Assembly: GCA_017504205.1 (NCBI GenBank) | Contig: JAFVRO010000017.1 | Location: 11,743 to 75,742, forward strand | DNA length: 64,000 bases | Source of the DNA: Clostridia bacterium | GTDB lineage: Bacteria; Bacillota; Clostridia; Oscillospirales; CAG-272 | Direction: 5' to 3' | Part shown: piece after piece, positions 55,949 through 64,000 of the stretch | Layout of the letters: each line of letters opens with the position of its first letter | How positions within the stretch are numbered: the stretch's first letter is position 1 | Position numbers and translations under genes: made by a program | Notes under the pieces: model-generated | Told to the model about the DNA's origin: nothing | What the model saw: the letters and a program-made list of their open reading frames with translations, nothing else | Databases searched by the model: none

Positions 55949-57799
55949 TTAGTTAAGACGCTTGAATGTAAGTATTACTTTAAACAGATCTCCGTCAATC
56001 GCAAGCCTGAATGTACCGCCCTGAAGCTCGGTAAGACTTTTTGCGATGGATAATCCAAGCCCGTGTCCCTCGGAGTGCCTTGACTTGTCACCTCGGATAA
56101 ATCTTTCCGTCAACTCATCCTCGGAAATGTTAAGCTCATACTTTGAGGTGTTCCTGAAAATAATGCGAACATCATTGTCATCTGTTTCAAGATTGAGATA
56201 CACTCTTGTGCCGGGTTGAGCATATTTGTATATGTTGCTTAACAGATTATCAAATATTCTCCAAAGGTGACGTCCGTCGGCAAGGATATATACCTCGTCG
56301 TCCGCGTGCGAGGTTATAAGCTCAAGCGAAACGGACGAAAGCTTTTCGCGGTATTCTCCCGCGGTCTGTGAGATAAGCTCATAAAGCCCACACGGTATTG
56401 CGTGTACCTCAAGGATTCCGGACTGCGCCTTTGATGCTTCTACAAGATCAGTAGTCAGCTTTTTTAGCTTGGCAGACTGCCTTTCGAGTATCTCGATGTA
56501 TTCTCTTGCCCGCTCATTGCCAATATCCTCTCTTTTGAGCAGATCAATGTAACTTACTATTGAGGTGAGCGGAGTCTTGAGATCGTGGGATACATTCGTA
56601 ATAAGCTCCGCCTTGAACCTCTCGTTTCTGATACGCTTGTCAAGAGCCGCAGAAAGACCGTTGTCTATATCGTTGAGTGCCTCCGCCGTACGCCTGCTTG
56701 CTCCGAACATAAGATGCATATCTATTTTTTGGCCCAGCGAACCGCCCGACATTCTGTTTATTGCCGCCCGTATTTTCTCAAGATTTAACGAAAATACCGC
56801 AACCGCCGCCGTCAACAGAAGCCATACGGCAACAAAAACTATAAGCCCTATGGAAGGTCTTAACAGTATTATCATTATACCGCCTATGAGAAGCGCTACC
56901 ATAAGCAGAATGGATCTGTATACCAGCGAAATGTTTTTGAATACATAGCAAGCTCCGTTCCATACTGTAACCGCAGCACGCCATAAAAGCTTCAACATGT
57001 AAACTATTACATTGTTTTTGATCACAGTGCCGAGCCTGCTTCGTACCACGACGCTTATAAGGAAAAACAGCACCAATAAGTAATTGAGCAGTGCCACCGC
57101 CACGATCAACGGAATGTTACGCGCACCGAAAACGTAACGCACCTCAATATAAGCCAACAAAATGTAAAACGCAACTATAATATCCGCAGGAATGCGGTCA
57201 AAGAGTGTAAGACGTAGTTGTCCTTTTTCATCTCTTGCTCCCGCAACCGTCATAAGGTATACAAGTATAAGCACACTCAGAACAGTAAAAACAAGGCAAA
57301 TGACCGCCACAAGATATTTGTTGTTATAGCTTACGGTTATAAGTCTGTTCGCCGCATAAATTGAGTCCTCATACTTCATATCTGCGCTGATATATCCGAC
57401 AAGCTTGTACTCAATACTGTCTAAAAACGGATCGTTTGAATTGGTTACCTCGCTTGCCTTAAGCACTCGCACACACCGTACAAGATAATCCTGACCTTCG
57501 TAGTTGCTCGCAAGCTCATTGCCGAATTCATCGTAGATCGTAACGCAGTAATTGGTGTAGCCTAAAAATACGTCAATGTCAAAGCTCTCGTCGTTATGAT
57601 AGTTATTTGCAACCTCGAAGATTTTCTCCTGGAGCTTTTTCGTCAGATAATTCTCACGCACCTGTCCCAAAGGTTCAATGAAAAAGTTGGAGTTCACCAT
57701 AAATATGACGGCAAATAGCATAACAGTCGATATAGCTACAGTTATCATACTGAGTATGATTGCAACGGTTTTGATAAATACCGTGTTGGTCCGTCTCAC
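55949..57799 (-). CDS. Sensor histidine kinase with multi-TM N-terminal domain
   Basis: H-box VSHDLKTPLTSIVSYIDLL and G-box GHGLGLSIAKSL. Several hydrophobic helices in the N-terminal half. Confidence 0.85.
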   Translation of the reverse strand: MRRTNTVFIKTVAIILSMITVAISTVMLFAVIFMVNSNFFIEPLGQVRENYLTKKLQEKIFEVANNYHNDESFDIDVFLGYTNYCVTIYDEFGNELASNYEGQDYLVRCVRVLKASEVTNSNDPFLDSIEYKLVGYISADMKYEDSIYAANRLITVSYNNKYLVAVICLVFTVLSVLILVYLMTVAGARDEKGQLRLTLFDRIPADIIVAFYILLAYIEVRYVFGARNIPLIVAVALLNYLLVLFFLISVVVRSRLGTVIKNNVIVYMLKLLWRAAVTVWNGACYVFKNISLVYRSILLMVALLIGGIMIILLRPSIGLIVFVAVWLLLTAAVAVFSLNLEKIRAAINRMSGGSLGQKIDMHLMFGASRRTAEALNDIDNGLSAALDKRIRNERFKAELITNVSHDLKTPLTSIVSYIDLLKREDIGNERAREYIEILERQSAKLKKLTTDLVEASKAQSGILEVHAIPCGLYELISQTAGEYREKLSSVSLELITSHADDEVYILADGRHLWRIFDNLLSNIYKYAQPGTRVYLNLETDDNDVRIIFRNTSKYELNISEDELTERFIRGDKSRHSEGHGLGLSIAKSLTELQGGTFRLAIDGDLFKVILTFKRLN

Positions 57800-57822
57800 G
57801 GCAAAGCCCCCCTCTCTTATCC

Positions 57823-58524
57823 TTATATGGATTCCATTTTGTACCCTTGTGCCCAGACTACCTTTATGTATCTCGGGTCAGCCGGATCAATCTCGATCTT
57901 TTCGCGTAAATGACGTATGTGTACCGCTATCGTATTTTCCTCACCGTACGGCTCATTCTTCCAGACACTTTTATATATCTGCTTGCTTGAAAATATCTGC
58001 CCCGGGCTCATCATAAAGAGCTTCAGTATTTCATATTCCGTATTTGTCAGCGAAACAGGTCTGCCATCTACCGATACATATCGCTTTTTATCGTCAAGCT
58101 CAATCTCTCCGACACGCAGTATGCTGTCGCGGCTCTCATCCATATGTCCGCCGAGCTTCGTGTATCTGCGCAACTGCGACCGTACCCTGGCAATAAGCTC
58201 TGCGGGGTTAAAAGGTTTTGTGACGTAATCGTCCGCACCCGCCTCAAGACCTTCGACCTTGTCGGCATCCTCGCTCTTCGCCGTCAGCATTATTATCGGC
58301 ACATTGTATTTTTCGCGCAGTATCTTCATCGCGGTGATACCGTCCATCTCGGGCATCATTACGTCCATCAGTATCAACCCAACAGAGTCCGCATGCTTTT
58401 CATATTCTTCTATCGCCTGACGCCCGGTATACGCCACAAAGGTATCAAATCCCTCCGCCTCAAGGTATATCCCGATCGCCGCTACTATATCTCTTTCATC
58501 GTCACAGATCAATATTCCCTGCAT
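57823..58524 (-). CDS. OmpR-family response regulator
   Basis: ILICDDE, LILMDVMMPEMDG, MLTAK, and the wHTH IAVHIRHLREKIE..VWAQGYK. Confidence 0.9.
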   Translation of the reverse strand: MQGILICDDERDIVAAIGIYLEAEGFDTFVAYTGRQAIEEYEKHADSVGLILMDVMMPEMDGITAMKILREKYNVPIIMLTAKSEDADKVEGLEAGADDYVTKPFNPAELIARVRSQLRRYTKLGGHMDESRDSILRVGEIELDDKKRYVSVDGRPVSLTNTEYEILKLFMMSPGQIFSSKQIYKSVWKNEPYGEENTIAVHIRHLREKIEIDPADPRYIKVVWAQGYKMESI

Positions 58525-58672
58525 TTTATTCGTTCCTCTCTTTTTTTCACGCGCTCCGATTCTGATGTGTAATGATAATAGCGCGCCTTGAAAATATTAT
58601 ATAATAATTGAATCAAAAATGCAATAGTTTTTTAAAATAAAAAAGGAAGAGGTGCGTCCTCTTCCCAAAGTA

Positions 58673-59473
58673 TTATTTTTTTCTGTAAATAAAGCTTCTT
58701 CCGACCTTCTCTCCCTTTTCTACTGTCCCAAGTTCGCAAAGCACAGAGAGCAGGGAATAGGGGGCTATGCCTTTAGAACCAATAAGACGCGAATACTCTG
58801 ATGCAGTAAAACTTTCAGGCAGATCAGGCGGTAAATAGTACTTAAGATAATCCTCGGACGTATTAAGCTCGATAACGTCTATGAGAGATAACGGATATCG
58901 TTCAACTCTGCTTGAGCCGAGCTTTCCGCCTCTTCCCCAACCGTCAAGCATGCGGTATTCCTCTGCTTCTATAACGGGTAGCATTATCCTGAACCTTTCA
59001 TTCCTGATGAAGGGTATCATTGCATACAGATCGCGCGCAATTGAAAAAACATTTTCCTTTTTCGGTGACCGGTGTCGCTTGGATACCACACCGCTACCGG
59101 GATCTATCCACGCCACCCACTTGATTTCAATAAGCGGATGTACTACTACAAGTTCAAGCTCCGTTCTCTCAAGTAAAAATTCGATTTTGCTCTTTAGTGG
59201 ATAGAGGGATGCAGTCTGTATTTCGTAAACCGTGTTTCCGGTAAGCACGTCCGCCACAAAGCCGCGCCGTCCGCGCCTTCCTTGGGATTCGGAAGGCTCT
59301 CCGTTGACCTTTATTTCGTAGCATTCAGGATCGTCGCATACGAACCTTTTAAGCGTAACGTGAAGCCGCTTTTCCGCGTACGTTCCGATTCCGTCATCTA
59401 CCTTACTGTATTGCACCAGCTCCTCGGAGCATATCCGTGCAAATCTTAATTTCATATGCTCAGTTATACTCAT
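58673..59473 (-). CDS. Hypothetical protein, CoiA-like / PD-(D/E)xK nuclease-like
   Basis: EKRLHVTLKRF and FVADVLTGNTVYEIQT resemble the H..LK and D..EIQ core of CoiA-type nucleases. 4-nt overlap with the upstream ABC gene. Confidence 0.35.
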   Translation of the reverse strand: MSITEHMKLRFARICSEELVQYSKVDDGIGTYAEKRLHVTLKRFVCDDPECYEIKVNGEPSESQGRRGRRGFVADVLTGNTVYEIQTASLYPLKSKIEFLLERTELELVVVHPLIEIKWVAWIDPGSGVVSKRHRSPKKENVFSIARDLYAMIPFIRNERFRIMLPVIEAEEYRMLDGWGRGGKLGSSRVERYPLSLIDVIELNTSEDYLKYYLPPDLPESFTASEYSRLIGSKGIAPYSLLSVLCELGTVEKGEKVGRSFIYRKK

Positions 59474-61347
59474 GTCGCAATCCCCGCATACTGTGTGTTG
59501 TAGAGCTTGAAGTATTCACCCTTGCGAGCAAGTAGCTCTTCGTGATTTCCCGCCTCCGCGATAACTCCGTTTTTGAGTACGACTATAACGTCCGCGTCAA
59601 TGATGGTCGAAAGACGGTGCGCAATAATCAGTGAGGTGCGGTTTTTCATCAAAGATACCATCGCCTGCTGAATGTGCATCTCAGTTCTCGTGTCAACGCT
59701 TGATGTTGCCTCGTCAAGAATAAGTATCTTGGGATCTGCAAGAACCGCACGCGATATTGATAAAAGCTGCCTCTGTCCCTGACTCAGATTGCTTCCGGAC
59801 TCCGTAAGCATCGTCTGATATCCGTTTGGCAAGCGTTCAATGAATATGTCCGCCTTCGATGCCCTTGCCGCCTCTCGCATCTCCTCATCGGTAGCCTCAA
59901 GACGGCCATATTTGATGTTCCTTTCAATGGTATCCGAGAATAGCACCGTGTCCTGAAGCACTATGGCTATCATTTTTCTGAGCGTGCTCTTCGGGATCGT
60001 GTTGATGTCAATGCCGTCAACCGTTATGCTTCCGCCGTCAAGATCGTAAAATCTCGTCAGAAGGTTGACTATGGTGGTCTTTCCGGATCCCGTAGCACCG
60101 ACGATCGCTATCTTCTGCCCCGGCTTTACCGAAAGATTGAGTCCCTTCAGCACAGGCTCGTTGGGGTTGTATCCAAAGCGGATATCCTTGAATTCAATAT
60201 ATCCCTTTATCGACTCAACGTCGATCTCTGTATCGCCCTCGTCCGTCTCTACCGCAGAGTCCATTATCTCAAAAATACGCTCAGCGCCTGCAAGAGCCGT
60301 AAGTATCTGCGAGTAAAGATTGGCTATCTGGTTTATCGGACGTGTGAATTTTTTTGAGTAACCGAGTAGCTTCTGAATGCTTCCAACGTCAAATGCGCCG
60401 CGAATTGCAAATACTCCTCCAAATACCGCAATCAGCAAATATTGCAGATTGCCTATTATGTTCATACACGGCCCCATAACGCCACCAAGCGCACCGGCTT
60501 TTATACCCGCCTTTTTTAACTCACCGCTGAGCCGTGTGAATTTTTCAACCTGCTCCGGCTCCTTGCCGTAAGATACAACGGTCTTGTAGCCCGTTACCAT
60601 TTCCTCAATATGCGAGTTGAGTTCACCGAGCAGCCTCTGCTGCTTGACATAGTACCTGCGCATAAGCTTTGCAAGCCCGGTGGAGGTAAGAACAGTCAGA
60701 GGAACGGTAACAAGCGCGATAAGCGTCATCTGCCAGCTGATGCCAAGCATAAGCACACCTGCTCCCAAAAGCGTGATAATACAGGTGAAAAGTGATGACA
60801 AAGACTGCGAAATGGCATTCGAAACATTTTCAACGTCGTTGGTCATTCGGCTCATAATGTCACCGTGCCTGTGAGTGTCCGTATATTTTATCGGCAGACG
60901 TGAGATCTTTTTGAAAAGATCGTTTCTGAGCGAAAATACAGTCGCCTGCGAAAGCTTGGCGGAAAGCACACCCATAACGTAGTTTATGATGGAGTTGAGA
61001 ACGTATACCACTGCCATTGCCGCAAGTATCTTCAACATAAGCTCAAAATCAACAAAATCGAAAATTGAGCTGATACTACCGTCATCATTTATAATTTCGG
61101 AAAAATGTATCGTGTTTATAGCTTCACCCTGAAGCCAGGGACCTGCAAGATCAAAAACAGTAGTAAAAAGCACGGAAATAAGCAATACTATTACAAGCAA
61201 TCGGCTTTTTCCTATGTATGTCATCAACCTGCCGACCGTCTTACCGAGGTTTTTGGGCTTTTGCGCATTCATTCGTCCACCCATAGGTCCGCCTCTTCCG
61301 GGTCCTCCCGGACCTGCCGTGACTATAGGTCTTCTGTCATTGTTCAT
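59470..61347 (-). CDS. ABC exporter, fused permease/ATPase (heterodimer partner 2)
   Basis: The ATG at 61347 (MNNDRRP) follows a GGAGG RBS. Six TM segments, then GATGSGKTT, LSQGQRQLLSI and ILILDEATSSVD. Confidence 0.85.
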   Translation of the reverse strand: MNNDRRPIVTAGPGGPGRGGPMGGRMNAQKPKNLGKTVGRLMTYIGKSRLLVIVLLISVLFTTVFDLAGPWLQGEAINTIHFSEIINDDGSISSIFDFVDFELMLKILAAMAVVYVLNSIINYVMGVLSAKLSQATVFSLRNDLFKKISRLPIKYTDTHRHGDIMSRMTNDVENVSNAISQSLSSLFTCIITLLGAGVLMLGISWQMTLIALVTVPLTVLTSTGLAKLMRRYYVKQQRLLGELNSHIEEMVTGYKTVVSYGKEPEQVEKFTRLSGELKKAGIKAGALGGVMGPCMNIIGNLQYLLIAVFGGVFAIRGAFDVGSIQKLLGYSKKFTRPINQIANLYSQILTALAGAERIFEIMDSAVETDEGDTEIDVESIKGYIEFKDIRFGYNPNEPVLKGLNLSVKPGQKIAIVGATGSGKTTIVNLLTRFYDLDGGSITVDGIDINTIPKSTLRKMIAIVLQDTVLFSDTIERNIKYGRLEATDEEMREAARASKADIFIERLPNGYQTMLTESGSNLSQGQRQLLSISRAVLADPKILILDEATSSVDTRTEMHIQQAMVSLMKNRTSLIIAHRLSTIIDADVIVVLKNGVIAEAGNHEELLARKGEYFKLYNTQYAGIAT

Positions 61348-63088
61348 TCTCCGCACCTCCTTTTCCCATCTGTGAATTGTAAATGTCAACGTATGCCGTG
61401 CATCTTTGCATCAGAACATCGTGCGGAGCACAGTCAACTATTGTTCCGTTATCTATAACCGCGATCAGATCGGCACTCTGAACACTTGCAATTCTTTGCG
61501 CGATCATAATTACCGTCGTGTCCTTCAGCTCCTCACGCAAAGCAACGCGTAGCCTTGCCTCGGTAGCCAGGTCAAGCGCTGACGTGCTGTCATCAAGAAT
61601 TATAACCTCGGGACGGCGTACAAGCGCTCTTGCAATAGATGTTCTTTGCTTCTGACCGCCTGAAAGTGATGCGCCCTTTTCCGCAATGTAGGTGGAATAC
61701 CCGTCATTAAATCCTGTGATAAATCCGTCCGCCTGTGCCACATTTGCCGCAGATACGATCTCCGCATCGGTAGCATCCGGCTTGCCCCAGCGTATGTTGC
61801 CCGCTATCGTGTCGGAGAAAAGCTCACTCTTTTGCATAACGAAGCCTATCCGTTGCCTCAATTCCGATAGCTTGTAGCTCTTTATCGGTATACCGTCAAA
61901 CAGTATCTCTCCGCCCGTAACGTCATAAAATCTTGGGATCAAAGATACGAGCGAGGTCTTGCCTGAGCCCGTAGCACCGATTATGGCAAGTGTCTGTCCG
62001 CGCTTTATGCTCAGATTGATATCGTGAAGAACCGGACGTCCCGTGGTATTCGGATAACTGAAGCTTACATCCTTGAATGAGATCAGTACGTCGCCGTTGT
62101 TCTCCTTCTTGACACCGTCAGTATCATTCTCACCGTCAACGATCACGGGCTCACAGTCAAGTACTTCAAGAATTCTGCGCGCCGACGCAGCTGCACGCGA
62201 TATGGACTGAAACATGTTACTGACCATCAGTATCGCCATCAGTATCTGCGTCGCATAGGTGATAGCCGCCATAATTGAGCCGGGTCCAATCGCCTCTGCC
62301 TGCGCTTCAAGTCCGCCAAAATAGATTATGGCAATGATCGTCAGGTTCATAACTATCATGAATATAGGCGAAAGAGTAGCCATCAAACGCTGTACTTTCA
62401 AGGTCGTGTTCTTCAGATCACTGTTTGCACCGTAAAAGCGCTCGTTTTCATAGTCCTCGCGGACGTACGCCTTTATCACGCGCGCACCCGTTACGTTCTC
62501 CTGAACTACGGAATTGACCTTGTCAAGCTTGTACTGCACCGTTCCAAAAAGCGGAGTGGCTTTCCTGAGTATTATCACCAAGGCAAGAACGAGGAAGGGC
62601 ATAGCACACGCTACCGCAATACTGAACGTCGTGTTAAGCTTGAGTAGGAACACTATCCCGCCAAGAAAGAAAATTGGCGCGCGTATGCACATTCTGAGTA
62701 TCATCGCAACCATTTCCTGCACCATCATAACGTCGTTTGTAAGCCTCGTTACGAGTGAGCCCGTGGTGAACTTGTCCGTTTGCTCAATAGAAAGTGACAT
62801 AACACGCTTGAAGACGTCGCACCGCAGATCGTTACCGAAGGATTGCGCCGCTTTCGTAGCAGTGAATGCACAAAGCGAGCCCATAATTCCGCCGATTACT
62901 ACAAGCAAAAGCATCAGAAGCCCCGTTTCTATTATGAGACTAAGATTTTTCCCGATAACGCCCTCGTCAACGATCTTTGACATAAGATCAGGCTGGAACA
63001 GATCCATCGTTACCTCTCCCACCATCAATAGCGGCGAAAGCACCGCAATAAACCAATACGGCTTTAAATATTTGATTAGCTTTTTCAT
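61337..63088 (-). CDS. ABC exporter, fused permease/ATPase (heterodimer partner 1)
   Basis: Six TM segments, then GATGSGKTS, LSGGQKQRTSIA and VIILDDSTSALD. Confidence 0.85.
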   Translation of the reverse strand: MKKLIKYLKPYWFIAVLSPLLMVGEVTMDLFQPDLMSKIVDEGVIGKNLSLIIETGLLMLLLVVIGGIMGSLCAFTATKAAQSFGNDLRCDVFKRVMSLSIEQTDKFTTGSLVTRLTNDVMMVQEMVAMILRMCIRAPIFFLGGIVFLLKLNTTFSIAVACAMPFLVLALVIILRKATPLFGTVQYKLDKVNSVVQENVTGARVIKAYVREDYENERFYGANSDLKNTTLKVQRLMATLSPIFMIVMNLTIIAIIYFGGLEAQAEAIGPGSIMAAITYATQILMAILMVSNMFQSISRAAASARRILEVLDCEPVIVDGENDTDGVKKENNGDVLISFKDVSFSYPNTTGRPVLHDINLSIKRGQTLAIIGATGSGKTSLVSLIPRFYDVTGGEILFDGIPIKSYKLSELRQRIGFVMQKSELFSDTIAGNIRWGKPDATDAEIVSAANVAQADGFITGFNDGYSTYIAEKGASLSGGQKQRTSIARALVRRPEVIILDDSTSALDLATEARLRVALREELKDTTVIMIAQRIASVQSADLIAVIDNGTIVDCAPHDVLMQRCTAYVDIYNSQMGKGGAENEQ

Positions 63089-63591
63089 AAATCCTCACTC
63101 TCTTTTCTGCAACCGTGTGGCGAGCGGTCGTCATAAACACCATGCTCCGTGAAATTATTCCGAATCTTGATCAGAATACCCATAAGCCCCGCAAGCTCGT
63201 CTTCACTTAATCCTTCAATAGCCATGCGGTCTATCTCCTTTATTTGAGATAGCTTGCTGTCATGCTCGGCGCGTCCCTTATCAGTGATAAATACTTTGAT
63301 GGCTCTCATATCCTTCGTGTCTGCCTCACGCCTGACATAACCAAGACTCTCCATTTTTCCGAGAGTTACACTGACCGTAGGTGGCTTAAGATGTGTCATC
63401 TGTGCTATCTCAAGCTGCGTTAATCCATCGTTATGTGCCAATATTATGAGTATCAGACGGGCACTGTGCTGAGAAAGTAACGAGCCGGGATTGTCCCGAC
63501 TTCTGATCGCCCGCTCAAATAGACGCGAGATTTCGTTTATCACCATCAATGGCGTAACCTCTTTCTTGCGCCTCGCATTGTTTTCTTGCAT
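63085..63591 (-). CDS. MarR-family transcriptional regulator
   Basis: LTQLEIAQMTHLKPPTVSVTLGKMESLGYVRR forms the winged helix. The ATG at 63591 follows an AAGGAG RBS; the ORF-track start at 63606 is TTG. 4-nt overlap with the ABC gene. Confidence 0.8.
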   Translation of the reverse strand: MQENNARRKKEVTPLMVINEISRLFERAIRSRDNPGSLLSQHSARLILIILAHNDGLTQLEIAQMTHLKPPTVSVTLGKMESLGYVRREADTKDMRAIKVFITDKGRAEHDSKLSQIKEIDRMAIEGLSEDELAGLMGILIKIRNNFTEHGVYDDRSPHGCRKESEDL

Positions 63592-63610
63592 GGTCTGCTC
63601 CTTCAAAATT

Positions 63611-63630
63611 AATTAGTTTATAAACTAATT
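63611..63630. promoter_or_regulatory. Perfect 20-bp palindrome, candidate MarR operator
   Basis: aattagttta|taaactaatt. It overlaps the predicted -10 of the marR-ABC operon promoter. Confidence 0.5.
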
Positions 63631-63656
63631 GTATCGCATTTTCTTTGATTTTTCAA
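63628..63656 (-). promoter_or_regulatory. Putative promoter of the marR-ABC operon
   Basis: Minus strand: TTGAAA - 17 nt - TACAAT. Confidence 0.5.
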
Positions 63657-63846
63657 TAGACGATCTCCGTATTTACATATATTTTACTTTTTATCAAATT
63701 AATTTCATAATATATCATCCAAAGTAAAAAATACCACCGATAATATAAAATATTGTTAAACATCAAACGCTAATAACGGGAAAACATATATATAGCCGTT
63801 AATGCAAAAAGAACGGCAACAGCAACACGGAGACAGGAATATAATA

Positions 63847-64000
63847 ATGTTACAGAATAAAGCGCGAAAAATATCGTCATTTGCTCTTATCGTGGCAGTG
63901 CTTATCGTATCCTTCGGAACACTTGGCGTAAGTGCCGCAAGGAAAACGGACGAGGTACTGCTCGGCGGCGTTCCGTTTGGCGTGAGATTTGAGCTTGAGG
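63847..64000 (+). CDS. SpoIVB-like (S55 peptidase) protein, 3'-truncated at window edge
   Basis: Signal-anchor SSFALIVAVLIVSFGTLGVSA, then VLLGGVPFGVRFEL, which resembles the LGGxPFGIK start of the clostridial SpoIVB PDZ region. Only 51 codons are visible. Confidence 0.4.
   Translation, partial: MLQNKARKISSFALIVAVLIVSFGTLGVSAARKTDEVLLGGVPFGVRFELE

Noticed and set aside
62514-63152. 212-aa plus-strand ORF antisense to the ABC exporter/marR junction
   Set aside because: It is a shadow ORF of well-supported minus-strand genes, with no RBS or motif.
1-64000. Search for tRNA, rRNA, CRISPR arrays, transposases, integrases, phage structural genes and toxin-antitoxin pairs
   Set aside because: No ORF translation shows DDE/serine/tyrosine recombinase or phage hallmark motifs, and no spaced repeat array or cloverleaf-like region stood out by eye. 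This is absence by inspection only; tRNAscan-SE, Infernal and ISfinder would be decisive.

Overview
This 64-kb chromosomal segment reads as a spore-forming Firmicutes/Clostridia genome. The evidence is Gram-positive lipoboxes, TGn-extended sigma-A-type promoters, a Firmicutes-type LexA box (CGAACATATGTTC) and a partial SpoIVB-like gene at the right edge. About 55 protein-coding genes are supportable. By eye I saw no rRNA, tRNA, CRISPR array, transposase or integrase. The left quarter (3-17068) is one co-directional block. It starts with a 5'-truncated Upf1-like SF1 helicase fused to a DUF559/MTES endonuclease-like domain, followed closely by a soluble Ser/Thr kinase and a zinc-ribbon/FHA protein. 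Next come an orphan LytTR response regulator whose phospho-acceptor Asp is Glu, two large lipoproteins and a V/A-type ATPase-like cassette. The cassette encodes only a G/H-like coil, the cytoplasmic N-terminal half of subunit I, subunit E, a split A subunit lacking Walker A and the catalytic segment, and subunit B. It has no proteolipid, no membrane half of I and no C/D/F subunits. This cassette is my top candidate for an undescribed system. The second candidate is a translationally coupled minus-strand operon (44913-49646) of two GNAT/FemAB-like proteins and two B12-binding radical SAM enzymes. Downstream of it sits an 88-aa membrane-anchored Cys/Asp-rich protein with its own promoter. Other notable points: a near-perfect ~194-bp tandem duplication of a bidirectional promoter region (35167-35570), a LexA-box-controlled small-ORF/dinB pair, a MarR-ABC-ABC-nuclease-like operon with a perfect 20-bp palindromic operator candidate, and an identical ~30-nt terminator hairpin at two loci. 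The rest is housekeeping or ordinary accessory content: tmk, cell-wall amidase and CHAP hydrolase, an RpiR sugar cluster, fatty-acid CoA ligase, deoD-deoB-mtlD, ABC-2 transporter, rnz, prmC, cdd, ABC-F and two OmpR-type two-component systems. All calls come from visual motif recognition in the ORF translations and the DNA; no database search was possible.
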